The notes under the pieces: generated by a model
Told to the model about the DNA's origin: nothing
Seen by the model: only the letters and a program-made list of their open reading frames with translations
Databases searched by the model: none
Shown here: one piece after another, positions 16,636 to 18,116 of the stretch
Layout of the letters: each line of letters opens with the position of its first letter
How positions within the stretch are numbered: the stretch's first letter is position 1
Position numbers and translations under genes: made by a program
Origin: Thermoproteota archaeon
Lineage (GTDB): Archaea > Korarchaeota > Korarchaeia > Korarchaeales > Korarchaeaceae
Reading direction: 5' to 3'
DNA: 18,116 bases
Assembly (NCBI GenBank): GCA_037917625.1
Contig: JAVCBY010000050.1
Location: 1 to 18,116 of the forward strand

Positions 16636-18116
16636 ATGGAGGAATGGGACGTCATAGTAGTGGGAGGAGGGCCCGCTGGACTCTCAGCAGCGAAATTCTC
16701 AGCGGAGTTAGGGCTTAAAGTGATCTTGCTTGAGGCTAACTCAGATATAAGAGCCTGGAAACCTTGCGGTGAGGGGACCAGTAAGACGACATTCGAGACA
16801 GCTGGTATAGAGCCCAAGCCCGGTGTGGTCTCAAATGAGTTGAACATGAAGGTCTACGCACCATCTGGGAAGTACGTGGAGATACCCCTCCATGGTTACG
16901 CTATAAATAAGGACTTATTCCTCTTAGAGCTAGCTAAGAAAGCTTACCTGGCTGGTGCTGAGATAAGGGTTGGGGAGAGAGTTGAGAGCGTCCTGAAGCA
17001 ACAACTCCCTCGGGACCGGCCCTTTCAAGCCTCCTAAGGATCCTCAAGTGCGCATCCATTAGGACGCTCAATTTCTTCACCTTTCACATTCGTCGGTCCG
17101 GGGCTGGACTCTCAGCAGCGAAATTCTCAGCGGAGTTAGGGCTTAAAGTGATCTTGCTTGAGGCTAACTCAGATATAAGAGCCTGGAAACCTTGCGGTGA
17201 GGGGACCAGTAAGACGACATTCGAGACAGCTGGTATAGAGCCCAAGCCCGGTGTGGTCTCAAATGAGTTGAACATGAAGGTCTACGCACCATCTGGGAAG
17301 TACGTGGAGATACCCCTCCATGGTTACGCTATAAATAAGGACTTATTCCTCTTAGAGCTAGCTAAGAAAGCTTACCTGGCTGGTGCTGAGATAAGGGTTG
17401 GGGAGAGAGTTGAGAGCGTCCTGAAGGAAAATGGTAAAGTTTGTGGTGTCAGAACAGTTAAGGGGGAGATTTTAAGGGGGAAAGTCGTTGTAGGGGCTGA
17501 TGGATATAACTCAGTGGTCGCGAAATCCTCGGGCCTCGATAACAGCACTGAGCTAATTCCTACGTATCAATACAAGATGGTTGGGTTGGAGTTAGATTCC
17601 TATAACTCCGGGAGGATATATGTTGGCTCTATGGCACCTGGTGGTTATGCATGGATCTTCCCCAAGGATGAGCAAGTAGCTAATGTGGGCATAGGAGTTA
17701 GACCGGGCTCTCCTAAGCTCTACTTGGATAAGTTCATAAAGGATAGGCCTGAAATATTCAGGAGAGCTAAGATAATTGGGGTAGGAGGTTACGTCGTTCC
17801 CATAGGAGGATTGGCTAAGGAATACATAGGGGATGGAGTAATCCTGATAGGAGATGCTGCCGGTATGGTAATTCCATTCACAGGAGCTGGGATACATTCA
17901 TCAATAGCCGCTGGTAAGGCAGTGAGCAGGACAATAGCTGAGGCCTTGGAGAAGGGGGATACCTCTAGGAAAGCGTTGAGCTCCTTCGAGAAGGAGTATG
18001 AGGGATGGATCAAGAGGATAAAGGATAGCTTAAGGGCGATGAGGGTCTTCGAAAGATTGAGCGATAATGACCTCAATGAGTTAGCAAATGTGTTAGATTA
18101 TGAGGACGTGATAAAC
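16636..18116 (+). pseudogene. Geranylgeranyl reductase family flavoprotein (DGGGPL reductase-like), interrupted by a 428-bp duplication; runs off the window end
   Basis: DVIVVGGGPAG and KPCGEG in 16636..17037; in the frame from 17103, VVGADG, PGGYAWIFPK, ANVGIG and LIGDAAGMVIPFTGAGI. Deleting 16999-17426 restores one continuous ORF. Confidence 0.88.
16675..16998 (+). repeat. Segment C (324 bp), identical copy at 17103-17426
   Basis: GCTGGACTCTCAGCAGCG...GAGAGCGTCCTGAAG repeated at an offset of 428 bp, no differences noticed. Confidence 0.95.

Noticed and set aside
16266..16718. 150-aa plus-strand ORF
   Set aside because: Antisense to the wHTH gene, crosses the promoter region and overlaps GGR out of frame; no motifs.
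16995..17426. CRISPR array, IS element or programmed frameshift as explanation of the GGR interruption
   Set aside because: The insert is entirely a copy of local sequence, with no terminal inverted repeats, transposase, repeat-spacer periodicity or slippery site.

Overview
Archaeal chromosomal window; the gene set and AGG/ATA-rich codon usage suggest a thermophilic archaeon such as Korarchaeota (inference, no search run). Most of it is core information-processing genes: rps3ae, an NDP-sugar pyrophosphorylase, an archaeal YchF/Obg GTPase, and the known exosome/proteasome/RNase P superoperon (rpl15e, COG1325, rpp30, pop5, psmA, sdo1, rrp4, rrp41, rrp42, rpl37ae, brix, pcc1). A GT2 + DUF92 pair, tRNA-Pro(GGG) and an AT-rich islet follow; the islet holds a doubly frameshifted secreted-protein gene with a 20-bp palindrome at its promoter. 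Next come a B12-binding/radical SAM/TRAM protein with a 4-Cys insertion inside its CxxxCxxC motif, a GTP-dependent dephospho-CoA kinase, archaeosine tRNA-guanine transglycosylase and a small wHTH protein. The window ends in a geranylgeranyl reductase gene broken by an exact 428-bp duplication with microhomology junctions. The best novelty candidates are the split-motif radical SAM enzyme near tgtA and the structured 180-bp divergent intergenic region 16457-16635 (tRNA-acceptor-like minihelix plus a three-way junction). The G7 frameshift and the exact duplication may be assembly errors. No CRISPR array, integrase or transposase was seen.
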